From the NCBI RefSeq assembly GCF_036703385.1, contig NZ_DATNPA010000018.1, positions 1 to 14,618 of the forward strand: DNA of 14,618 bases. The letters are read 5' to 3'. Source of the DNA: Allocoleopsis sp. Its GTDB lineage: Bacteria > Cyanobacteriota > Cyanobacteriia > Cyanobacteriales > Coleofasciculaceae. Position 1 is the first letter of the stretch. The number at the start of each line of letters is the position of its first letter. Below, one piece after another: positions 1 to 7,117 of this stretch. The position numbers and the translations under genes were made by a program. A model generated the notes under the pieces. It made no database searches. It was not told the DNA's origin and saw nothing but the letters and a program-made list of their open reading frames with translations.

Positions 1-1032
1 ACCCAGATTTGACGGCACCTCCCCCATCATCCTAAACAGCGAACACAGCATCCACAACAGCAGAGGTGTTTGTCCCAACTCCTGCAACCGACTGCCCAAC
101 TGCCTCAACATTTGCTCTCCCTGCTGTGGCAGATAGGCGCGGACGAACTGCTGCATCTGTGCTTCACTCAGGGGTTGCATTTCCAGCTTCTTGGCAATAT
201 CCAAGTCGCCCCCCACCCCCAAGTCCCGCGTCGTGAAAATCATCGGCGTCGTCTTCTGGTAGTCCTGCCGAAATTTCTGCAAATCCCGCCGCGCTTCTTG
301 GGAAGGCAATTCATTGAGTCCATCCAGCAGCAGCAGCAATTGCCCCTGCCGCAACCAGGTTTTGAGCGTTTCGCTATCTACCGTTAAGTTGGGGTCATGC
401 CGTTGTAGGAAGTCTTGGATTAAGTCGAGGATTGAGGTGCGGTAGTAGCGGAGTTCGACGAGGACGGGGATTTTCACCCCCCCTGCCCCCCTTATTAAGG
501 GGGGAGCAAGAGAATCTTGTGTGTTACTGGTGAAGGAGTCAGTTGAACAATCTTCTTCCCCCCTTGCTAAGGGGGGACTGAGGGGGGTGATTCCGGATGC
601 TTCTCCTTTTGCCTCTGAGTGAGTTGAAAAATCTTTTTCCCCCCTTTTTAAGGGGGGATTAAGGGGGGATCTTCCGGATGCTTCGCTGCACCTCTGCGCC
701 TCCTCCAGCACCAACCGTACCAACGCCCTCGATTTCCCCGAACCCGGACGCCCCACTAACAACACATGCTCCGAGGCATACTTGTGCAACCCCTCCAACA
801 CCGTCAATCGCTCAATTTTCTCCTCCCCTTTCCCCCTCTCCTCCCTCTCCCGTTCCACCGTCTGCACCATCAAGCCAAAATCAAACAGTAAGGGCGGTGC
901 CCCCGTGCCCGCCCTAGATGACGCTTCCGCCTCTTCCCGCTTTCGCCCCACTACATCCGTAATGGTGTAAACTTCCCACCATTGCGCGTAAGTCTTGCAA
1001 AGTGATTCTAAATATCGACTCCAATGGGTCAT
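1..1032 (-). CDS. NACHT-family STAND NTPase, N-terminal ~344 aa; the 3' end runs off the left edge of the window
   Basis: The minus-strand translation is open from ATG (1032..1030) to position 1. It reads MTHWSRYLESLCKTYAQWWEVYTITDVVGRK...LEGLHKYASEHVLLVGRPGSGKS (Walker A/P-loop), then VKIPVLVELRYY, then TWLRQGQLLLLLDGLNELPS (Walker B hhhhDGhDE), then PMIFTTRDLG (sensor-1), then LLWMLCSLFRMMGEVPSNLG. The order and spacing of motifs is that of NACHT NTPases, which are abundant in cyanobacteria. It is absent from the ORF track because it has no in-window stop. The plus-strand ORFs 70..387, 678..917 and 782..970 are its antisense shadows. Confidence 0.8.
   Translation of the reverse strand, partial: MTHWSRYLESLCKTYAQWWEVYTITDVVGRKREEAEASSRAGTGAPPLLFDFGLMVQTVEREREERGKGEEKIERLTVLEGLHKYASEHVLLVGRPGSGKSRALVRLVLEEAQRCSEASGRSPLNPPLKRGEKDFSTHSEAKGEASGITPLSPPLARGEEDCSTDSFTSNTQDSLAPPLIRGAGGVKIPVLVELRYYRTSILDLIQDFLQRHDPNLTVDSETLKTWLRQGQLLLLLDGLNELPSQEARRDLQKFRQDYQKTTPMIFTTRDLGVGGDLDIAKKLEMQPLSEAQMQQFVRAYLPQQGEQMLRQLGSRLQELGQTPLLLWMLCSLFRMMGEVPSNLG
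477..690. repeat. Three C6-N7-G6 palindromic hairpin units lying in frame inside the NACHT CDS. The second and third units are a diverged ~85-bp tandem duplication that shares the motif TTCCGGATGCTTC.
   Basis: The units are CCCCCCTTATTAAGGGGGG (486-504), CCCCCCTTGCTAAGGGGGG(ACTGA)GGGGGG (558-587) and CCCCCCTTTTTAAGGGGGG(ATTAA)GGGGGG (639-668). On the minus strand they translate without stops as ...SPLNPPLKRGEKDFSTHSEAKGEASGITPLSPPLARGEEDCSTDSFTSNTQDSLAPPLIRGAGG..., which lies between the P-loop helix and the IPVLVELR strand. Confidence 0.7.
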
Positions 1033-1109
1033 GCTGGGAGTTGAATCCTGCCGGGTTGACTACCTATTACGTAATCCTCTGATTTATCTTAGACTCAGTA
1101 ACCTCAGCA

Positions 1110-1370
1110 GTGCCAATGTCTCACCCATCCCCCAACGACTATCAACCCCAGCCAAAAACTGAAGAATTCGAGCTAGAAATGCTCAAGCAAGAATACTTCT
1201 TTCTACAAAACACCATTGAAGACTACAACAAACAAATCTGGGTCATTAAAGCCCTCGGAATTACCGGAACTGGCCTGGTGATTAACCAAGTGCTGCAACA
1301 AAAGCAGGGTGAACCGGGTTTAACTGCCTTGATTGGTACGACGATTCCCCTATTTTTTTGGGTACTATAG
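1110..1370 (+). CDS. Hypothetical small membrane protein (GTG start at 1110; alternative ATG at 1116). It is probably frameshifted at the T7 run 1353-1359; with one more T the reading frame continues to a TGA at 1424-1426.
   Basis: An 86-aa ORF with lower GC than its neighbours. It ends inside a hydrophobic helix (TALIGTTIPLFFWVL*). The -1 frame continues as IFLGTIAILMLVMYSQFFSLLCVT*, which would complete a transmembrane helix. No homology is recognised. Confidence 0.35.
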   Translation: MPMSHPSPNDYQPQPKTEEFELEMLKQEYFFLQNTIEDYNKQIWVIKALGITGTGLVINQVLQQKQGEPGLTALIGTTIPLFFWVL

Positions 1371-1441
1371 CAATTCTCATGCTTGTGATGTACAGTCAAT
1401 TTTTCTCTCTTCTTTGTGTGACATGAAATAGCACAATTAGG

Positions 1442-1711
1442 ATGTACATCATGAGTCCGAGAAACGCTATAGAAAGTCAATGGAAGCACTTTCAGCGCGG
1501 CTTTTATCCTCGCGTATATGAGATTGAGGAGATTTTCAAACAGCGGAGTTTTTCTAGCCCCGCTATCTTTAGCGATTGGAGTCGTAACTTGAAGCGAAAT
1601 CCTTCAAATAAACGCAATGGCTATCTCTGGGATGGTCTATTTAATCCCACTGTATATGTTAGTTATGTTCTAGAAATTGTCTTTTTATTACTAATATCTT
1701 TTATAAAGTAA
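1442..1711 (+). CDS. Hypothetical small protein with a hydrophobic C-terminal segment
   Basis: An 89-aa ORF in the same frame as the frameshift-corrected upstream ORF, 15 nt after its TGA. It is low-GC, has a C-terminal helix (TVYVSYVLEIVFLLLISFI), and is followed by a terminator-like hairpin. No homology is recognised. Confidence 0.35.
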   Translation: MYIMSPRNAIESQWKHFQRGFYPRVYEIEEIFKQRSFSSPAIFSDWSRNLKRNPSNKRNGYLWDGLFNPTVYVSYVLEIVFLLLISFIK

Positions 1712-1726
1712 GCAGGTGGTAAAAAT

Positions 1727-1753
1727 AAACACGACATGGGCAGGGCGTGTTTT
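1727..1753 (+). terminator. Weak rho-independent-like hairpin: AAACACG-12 nt-CGTGTTTT
   Basis: A 7-bp stem (1727-1733 pairing with 1746-1752) followed by a T-run. It lies 16 nt after the stop of ORF 1442..1711. Confidence 0.35.
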
Positions 1754-1786
1754 CAAACTACTCGTTCTTGCACTTCATTCTGGAAG

Positions 1787-1846
1787 ATCCCCCTTGCATC
1801 CCCCTTAAAAAGGGGGACTTTGATTCAATTCTCCCCCCTTAATAAG
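1787..1846. repeat. Hairpin-repeat unit CCCCCTTAAAAAGGGGG plus an orphan half-unit CCCCCCTTAATAAG
   Basis: Same C5-6/G5-6 clamp architecture as the units at 477-690, 1895-1997 and 3287-3380. Confidence 0.6.
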
Positions 1847-1894
1847 CTACGGTATACACACATCTCCCGAGCAACCTCAAAATGCAGCATTTTG

Positions 1895-1997
1895 CCCCCC
1901 TAGCCCCCCAATTTTGGGGGGAACTGGAAGTTCAAAGTCCCCCAGAATTGGGGGATTTAGGGGGCATTCCAGGATTCAAGCAAAAAGTCTAATCATC
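1895..1997. repeat. ~100-bp double-hairpin dispersed repeat, copy 1, upstream of ddl
   Basis: CCCCCCAATTTTGGGGGG ... TTCAAAGTCCCCCAGAATTGGGGGATTTAGGGGGCATTC..GCAA.A.GTCTAATCAT. It is about 85% identical to the copy at 3287-3380 and in the same orientation. Confidence 0.7.
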
Positions 1998-2077
1998 AGC
2001 CGCAAGACATTCGGGAGCCTCGAAGCTTGACTGCTGTGATAGGCTATCTGCGAAGAGGAGTGCTGGAGGTATAATAA

Positions 2078-3220
2078 ATGGCTAAATTACGGGTCGGTCT
2101 GCTGTTTGGCGGGTGTTCCGGAGAACACGAAGTTTCGATCAGTTCAGCACGGGCGATCGCAAAAGCCCTGAGTTCTGACCAAAACGCCAATCACTACGAA
2201 CTACTGCCAGTTTACATCCAAAAAGATGGTGTCTGGCAATCGGGAGACGTTGCTGTACACGTCCTCGAATCGGGTAAGGCTTTGCAGATAACAGGTAGTA
2301 ACCCGCAGTATCTCCCGACTCCGACGGCGGATTCTCCGTCATCCTCAGCTAGCAGTGAGATTTTACCCTCTGCCGCGAGTGCTTCTAAATTGAGTCGTGT
2401 CGGTGAAAATATCAGTTGGTCTGAAGTGGATGTTTGGTTCCCCATCCTGCACGGCCCGAATGGCGAAGATGGTACGATTCAAGGCTTACTGAAGTTAATG
2501 CAAGTTCCCTTCGTGGGTTCTGGCGTCCTGGGTTCAGCCCTAGGGATGGATAAAATTGCCATGAAAATGGCATTTACGCAAGCTGGATTGCCGCAAGTCA
2601 ATTACATGGCAGTAAACCGTTCCCAGATTTGGTCGAATCCCTGTGTGTTTCCCAAACTTTGCGACCAAATTGAGGAAACGTTGGGCTATCCCTGCTTTGT
2701 CAAACCGGCTAACCTAGGGTCATCAGTCGGGATTGCTAAAGTGCGATCGCGCCCTGAATTAGAAGCAGCATTGGATAATGCGGCTAGCTACGACCGACGA
2801 ATCATCGTGGAAGCCGGTGTCGTGGCGCGGGAAGTCGAGTGTGCGGTGTTGGGTAACGACCAGCCTAAAGCCTCTGTGGTTGGGGAAATTACCTATAAAA
2901 GCGATTTTTATGACTACGAAACCAAATATACCGAGGGACAAGCTGACTTATTAATCCCAGCCTCCCTACCCGATACCGTTGCCACCAAAATTCAGGAAAT
3001 GGCACTTCAGGCGTTTGCTGCCGTTGATGCTGCCGGGTTAGCACGGGTGGACTTCTTCTACATCGAAGAGACTGGAGAAGTCTTGATTAACGAAATCAAC
3101 ACGATGCCCGGTTTCACAGCAACCAGTATGTACCCTCAATTATGGGGCGCTACAGGGATTCCTTTCCCAGAATTGGTTAACCAACTAATTCAGTTGGCAA
3201 TGGAACGACAATCTTCTTAA
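2078..3220 (+). CDS. ddl: D-alanine--D-alanine ligase
   Basis: [24 protein letters not shown]..., followed by an ATP-grasp core ([13 protein letters not shown]; DFFYIE...[11 protein letters not shown]). A GGAGG Shine-Dalgarno lies ~20 nt upstream. The protein is 380 aa and carries an S/P/A-rich low-complexity insert in the N-domain. Confidence 0.9.
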   Translation: MAKLRVGLLFGGCSGEHEVSISSARAIAKALSSDQNANHYELLPVYIQKDGVWQSGDVAVHVLESGKALQITGSNPQYLPTPTADSPSSSASSEILPSAASASKLSRVGENISWSEVDVWFPILHGPNGEDGTIQGLLKLMQVPFVGSGVLGSALGMDKIAMKMAFTQAGLPQVNYMAVNRSQIWSNPCVFPKLCDQIEETLGYPCFVKPANLGSSVGIAKVRSRPELEAALDNAASYDRRIIVEAGVVAREVECAVLGNDQPKASVVGEITYKSDFYDYETKYTEGQADLLIPASLPDTVATKIQEMALQAFAAVDAAGLARVDFFYIEETGEVLINEINTMPGFTATSMYPQLWGATGIPFPELVNQLIQLAMERQSS

Positions 3221-3286
3221 GCCGAAGGGCACTAACTTAAGCAAAAAGTAGTCGTTCTTTGGACAAAACCTAGATTGGGGAGAATA

Positions 3287-3380
3287 CCCCCCAATTCTGG
3301 GGGAACCGATATTTCAAAGTCCCCCAATTTTGGGGGATTTAGGGGGCATTCGAGCATTTATGCAAGAGGTCTAATGATTA
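3287..3380. repeat. ~100-bp double-hairpin dispersed repeat, copy 2, downstream of ddl and upstream of ndk
   Basis: CCCCCCAATTCTGGGGG ... TTCAAAGTCCCCCAATTTTGGGGGATTTAGGGGGCATTC..GCAAGAGGTCTAATGAT. It is a direct repeat of 1895-1997. Confidence 0.7.
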
Positions 3381-3454
3381 AGGATTGGGTGCTTGGGGGC
3401 TTTCTAGTCTAATCTGGGTTTGGTGATTTGTTGAAAAATATTGAGGAGAGAAAC

Positions 3455-3904
3455 TTGGAACGCACATTTCTCATGATTAAGCCGGATGGCGTACAGCGTA
3501 ACCTTGTCGGTGAAATCATCCGGCGTTTTGAGGCAAAAGGCTTTACCCTGGTTGGGCTAAAGCTGATGAATGTCAGCAAGGAACTTGCAGAAAAACACTA
3601 CGACGTTCACAAAGAACGACCCTTTTTCCCCGGACTCGTCCAGTTCATCACCTCCGGGCCGGTGGTGGCAATGGTTTGGGAAGGCGATGGTGTGATTGCC
3701 TCAGCGAGAAAGATCATTGGTGCCACCAATCCCCTCAATGCTGAACCGGGTACGATTCGCGGTGATTATGGCGTCACCGTCGGTCGGAACCTGATTCACG
3801 GTTCAGATGCTCCCGAGACAGCGCAGCACGAGATTAGCCTCTGGTTTAAGGACGAGGAACTCGCCAGCTGGCAGGCGACCTTAACACCCTGGTTGTACGA
3901 GTAA
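3455..3904 (+). CDS. ndk: Nucleoside diphosphate kinase
   Basis: [25 protein letters not shown]...[20 protein letters not shown], including the catalytic His region. The ORF track starts at TTG 3428. TTG 3455 gives the canonical MERTF N-terminus and is preceded by GAGGAG (3443-3448). An ATG at 3473 is also possible. Confidence 0.88.
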   Translation: MERTFLMIKPDGVQRNLVGEIIRRFEAKGFTLVGLKLMNVSKELAEKHYDVHKERPFFPGLVQFITSGPVVAMVWEGDGVIASARKIIGATNPLNAEPGTIRGDYGVTVGRNLIHGSDAPETAQHEISLWFKDEELASWQATLTPWLYE

Positions 3905-3935
3905 TACTGTCTCGCTTTATCTTTGAACAGGGTAG

Positions 3936-3956
3936 GGGCACGACATTGTCGTGCCC
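3936..3956. terminator. Perfect 10-bp-stem hairpin GGGCACGACA/TGTCGTGCCC between the convergent genes ndk and terC
   Basis: The inverted repeat 3936-3945 / 3947-3956 is followed by TTAAAGTTT on the plus strand. It is a candidate ndk terminator, possibly bidirectional. Confidence 0.5.
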
Positions 3957-3967
3957 TTAAAGTTTGG

Positions 3968-4726
3968 CTACCTTACTTCAGTGGCTTCTTCAGGTTCTTT
4001 AAATTCACTGTCTGTCGGTAATTCCACCTTCTCATCTTCTGTCGGCAACTCAACCTCGGTGCGCTTGGAAAATCCCCACATGAATACCAAGGCAATCGCA
4101 GCAATCATCAACCATTCAGGCGGAACTAATTCTGGTTTAATCGCTCTCACCAGGAGTCGCAACCCAACAAACCCAACCGTAATGTAGCCAGCATCCTCAA
4201 GATGGACATATTCCTTGAGCCAACGAATGAATAACTCTGCCATGAACCGCAGAGTAATCACGCCAATCGTGCCACCGGTAATCACGAGCCAGGTCTTATC
4301 TGAGATAGCGATCGCAGTTGTTACACTATCCAGAGAGAACGCCAAGTCAGTTACAGCAATGATGGGAATAGCTTGCCACAGGGAAGTAAAGCGAGGCCCG
4401 TGATGCTGATGTTCCTCGTCCTCCTCAGAGGTGAAATGCTCAAAGACCAACCACAGCAGATAAGCGGCTCCCAGTAGCTCAAACTGCCAGAATTGCACAA
4501 CCCAAGTTGCGGTGAGAATCAGGGTAATTCGTAGGATGTAGGCTCCTACTAAGCCCAAATTGAGGGCATTACGCTGAAGCTTGGGATCTTCTAACCCACT
4601 GGCGATCGCAGCCAAGGCGATCGCATTATCAGCGCTGAGTACTGCCTCTAGTGCGATGAGAATCAGCAGCACCACTGGAGCTTCTATTCCGACATTGAAA
4701 GGGGAGTTAAAAATTTGGTCTAGCAT
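3968..4726 (-). CDS. TerC-family integral membrane protein
   Basis: A 252-aa polytopic membrane protein with duplicated motifs (LSADNAIALAAIA and FSLDSVTTAIAIS) and an acidic C-terminal tail. This pattern fits TerC/Alx-type proteins. Confidence 0.6.
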   Translation of the reverse strand: MLDQIFNSPFNVGIEAPVVLLILIALEAVLSADNAIALAAIASGLEDPKLQRNALNLGLVGAYILRITLILTATWVVQFWQFELLGAAYLLWLVFEHFTSEEDEEHQHHGPRFTSLWQAIPIIAVTDLAFSLDSVTTAIAISDKTWLVITGGTIGVITLRFMAELFIRWLKEYVHLEDAGYITVGFVGLRLLVRAIKPELVPPEWLMIAAIALVFMWGFSKRTEVELPTEDEKVELPTDSEFKEPEEATEVR

Positions 4727-4982
4727 TAAAAACTATTCAAAACCGAGAATTACCAACTCTTAGGACTAGGCAAACGCTGCTAAAGCGCGCTCAAACAATG
4801 TCTTTCTTAACCTAGCTTAACCTTTTGCCGTAATTCCTGCCGTAAAGTAAATTTTACCAGCTCGACCGGAGCAGCTGAATCGCTGATGGTTTATATTGCA
4901 ACTTGTAACAAGATATTTCGCTTGGAATCGATTTGACGCAAATTAATGGGTAATTACCCTTGAAATCAGGAGATATTCAACG

Positions 4983-5078
4983 ATGGCATTATCAGATACC
5001 CAAGTTTTCGTGGCACTAGTCGTAGCCTTGATTCCCGGAATCCTGGCCTTCCGGTTAGCGACGGAACTCTACAAGTAG
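4983..5078 (+). CDS. psaM: Photosystem I reaction centre subunit XII (PsaM), 31 aa
   Basis: ATG at 4983 with AGGAG 12 nt upstream. The translation [31 protein letters not shown] matches the conserved PsaM sequence (MALSDTQI..ALV.AL.P..LAFRLSTELYK). It is below the 60-aa cut-off of the ORF track. Confidence 0.85.
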   Translation: MALSDTQVFVALVVALIPGILAFRLATELYK

Positions 5079-5096
5079 AGCCCTTGTATCGTTAAA

Positions 5097-5318
5097 GAGC
5101 GACAAAGAGCTTATCACCGAGCAAGCAAAAGGCGACCAAGGGCTTTAAGATGGAAGCTTCTCACTAGAAGCGAGAGTTCAAAACCTAGAACCTATCTCTC
5201 AGGCAAGGCTCTCCCTTTCTTGGCAAGCCCTTAAGTTTTCCGGATAATCGCAGCCATTCGCTGTAAATTATCTGATAACATCAGCGTGCCACTGCCTTTG
5301 GTAGGCTCTTTGTCGCTC
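5097..5318. repeat. ~220-bp element bounded by a perfect 14-bp inverted repeat (GAGCGACAAAGAGC / GCTCTTTGTCGCTC). It is MITE-like or a structured RNA.
   Basis: The arms are 5097-5110 and 5305-5318. The interior has internal hairpins (GCTTCTcactAGAAGC at 5154-5169), repeated AAGCCCTT/AAGGGCTT segments and GACAAAG repeats. It has no coding potential. Confidence 0.4.
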
Positions 5319-5431
5319 GGCTTTTTCTGGTCGTCAAAGACAAAGTCGCCGTATCACATCAGCAGTGTATGCTCGAGGCGCTATTCTAGAATCTTCGGCG
5401 ATAGGTCGCCAGTACGGTATTCACGCACACC

Positions 5432-5827
5432 ATGAACGCATTCCAACCTCGTATACCAACTCAGCAACCCGTAGAACCCCGCCGGATGGCTCACCGGACT
5501 CAGCGCCGTCAGCCCCGTCATTCTTATCAAGCTGTTGCCGGTGAAACGACCGCTAGGTTGGCTGTTAATTTGGTGCTATGTACCGCTGCGATCGCCGGAC
5601 TGGTAAAACTGTTGCCTTATCACCTATCTCAGCAAGCTAAGCTTCGAGAACTGCGAACGGAAGTGCAGGGTGCACAGGGACGAGTTAAGGGTTTACGTGC
5701 CGATTTCGGTCGAACATTTGACTCTAGACAAACTAAGAGCGTCATGCAGGAGCAAAGCTATCGGGTTGACGAAAATCAGCGTCCAGTTGTCCTGAAAGAT
5801 CCAACCCCCAACGAGGATAACTACTAA
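5432..5827 (+). CDS. Hypothetical small membrane protein with a basic N-terminus, one transmembrane helix and a coiled-coil segment; possibly an FtsB/DivIC-like septation protein
   Basis: A 131-aa protein. The transmembrane helix is LAVNLVLCTAAIAGLVKLL and the heptad-like segment is SQQAKLRELRTEVQGAQGRVKGLRADF. The call rests on architecture only. Confidence 0.45.
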   Translation: MNAFQPRIPTQQPVEPRRMAHRTQRRQPRHSYQAVAGETTARLAVNLVLCTAAIAGLVKLLPYHLSQQAKLRELRTEVQGAQGRVKGLRADFGRTFDSRQTKSVMQEQSYRVDENQRPVVLKDPTPNEDNY

Positions 5828-6012
5828 ACCCTGGCAGAACTTTTTAATCCGTTGTCAGTAGCCGTCCTAAACGGCGTACACCAAAAGCCCTATATATTTC
5901 TTCCTTCTGCCTCCTCACTAAAGCTTTGGTGACCTCTACCGGATTTTAAGCCAGAAAGACTTGAGACCGATTCTCATGCTCGCTTCCTAATGCCCACATA
6001 GAGGTTTTTGCC

Positions 6013-6771
6013 TTAAGCACTTAGAGGCTTTAGTAGTTCTCTCATCCAAGTCTCGACATTCCGGCGCAAACGACCCACCAAACCGGATTGTGTCATAGCA
6101 GTGAGGGCACGCTGATAGTCAGCGATCGCACAATTCCAATCGCCACGTAAATGGTAGGTACGGCCTCGTTCGGCGTAGATATTCTCTTCCAAACCGCCCA
6201 GCATCAAAGCCATATCTAGATTTTCCAGCGCTAAGTCATATATCCCCAATTCGCGGAACGTGATCGCTTGGTTGATCCAAGTGCGAGTATTGCCAGGATT
6301 GAGGTCAAGCGCCATTTCATAATCCGTGAGCGCTTCCCCTAGTTTTCCATGAGAGGCGTAGTAATTTGCGCGATTGTTGTAGGCACTGTCCAATTCGGGA
6401 TTCAGTTGCAGAGCCTTGTTATAATCAGCCAGGGCTTTTTCTCCTTGACCACTTTGGAAGTAAATCAACCCTCGGTTGTTGTAATCAATGGCATGTTTGG
6501 GGTGACGCGTGATCAGCTGGGTGAGTAACGCGATCGCACCCATATAATCTCCCTGTTTCGCTTTGCGATGTGCCGAGGCGCGTAGGCTTTGATCGGACGG
6601 TTGGCGATCTTGTCCCGATATCCTTTGGATTCGAGCTAAACGCCGTTCTTGACGTGGCATGGGTAACCACTGTCTATTTTGATCTTGCCAATTTACAAAA
6701 GCATGAGCGTTCATATCTTCCTCAACAGTACCTGCGGCCTTATCTAGCATCAACCTTACGGCTTGCAGCAC
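6013..6771 (-). CDS. Tetratricopeptide (TPR) repeat protein
   Basis: It contains several 34-aa TPR units (AIDYNNRGLIYFQSGQGEKALADYNKALQLNPELDSAYNNRANYYASHGKLGEALTDYEMALDLNP...). Confidence 0.75.
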   Translation of the reverse strand: MLQAVRLMLDKAAGTVEEDMNAHAFVNWQDQNRQWLPMPRQERRLARIQRISGQDRQPSDQSLRASAHRKAKQGDYMGAIALLTQLITRHPKHAIDYNNRGLIYFQSGQGEKALADYNKALQLNPELDSAYNNRANYYASHGKLGEALTDYEMALDLNPGNTRTWINQAITFRELGIYDLALENLDMALMLGGLEENIYAERGRTYHLRGDWNCAIADYQRALTAMTQSGLVGRLRRNVETWMRELLKPLSA

Positions 6772-7117
6772 CCTGCTGGTTGGTCTAAGTGTGTCACTTA
6801 CTTAGGCGTCTTGATTTTGCTAAAAAAGCACCCAGACTATCCTTCAAGTGGTGGATGTTCTTAAGAACTCTACAAGACCCCTGTGCTGGTTTCCTGAAGC
6901 CTATCGTAAAGACCCTGGAAAGTTCCTCTTCCTTGCGTTGGGAAAACCGCCTTAATGTGTGAATCTTCAGGAATTGGCACACGCTTTGGGGAATGCGATC
7001 GCTTAAGTTCCCCCTCACGCCATCTTCCCCTCTCCCACTGGAATGTAGATGCTGATAGAATGCAACCGAAGCCCTTGAGTAGTCGGGGTTTTTTGCTCGT
7101 TAACAAAGAAGAGTTTT

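Noticed and set aside
70-970. Plus-strand ORFs 70..387, 678..917 and 782..970, which are Pro/Ser-rich
   Set aside because: They are antisense shadows of the minus-strand NACHT NTPase. They are in codon register with it, C-rich and low-complexity, with no start context.
2139-2941. Minus-strand ORFs inside ddl, and 9108..9452 plus 8630..9295 inside the MVP-like gene
   Set aside because: They are alternate-frame or antisense ORFs within strongly supported genes.
477-3380. The possibility that the C6/G6 repeats are a CRISPR array
   Set aside because: The units are individually palindromic hairpins. They are irregularly spaced over 3 kb with no equal-length unique spacers, and several are inside a CDS. 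No cas genes are present.
3951-4763. Plus-strand ORFs 3951..4187, 4215..4403 and 4581..4763
   Set aside because: They are antisense to the TerC-family gene. They are Ser/Thr/Ala-rich shadow frames.
4890-4982. Explicit -35/-10 promoter assignment for psaM, and an HLR1 call at TTGTAACAAG
   Set aside because: Only a single GTTACA half-site is present, and no convincing sigma-70 hexamer pair at 17-bp spacing could be found by eye.
7060-7096. GGGGTTTTTT run that resembles the tail of an intrinsic terminator
   Set aside because: The preceding sequence forms at most a 3-bp stem, and the run lies in a divergent promoter region rather than at a gene end.
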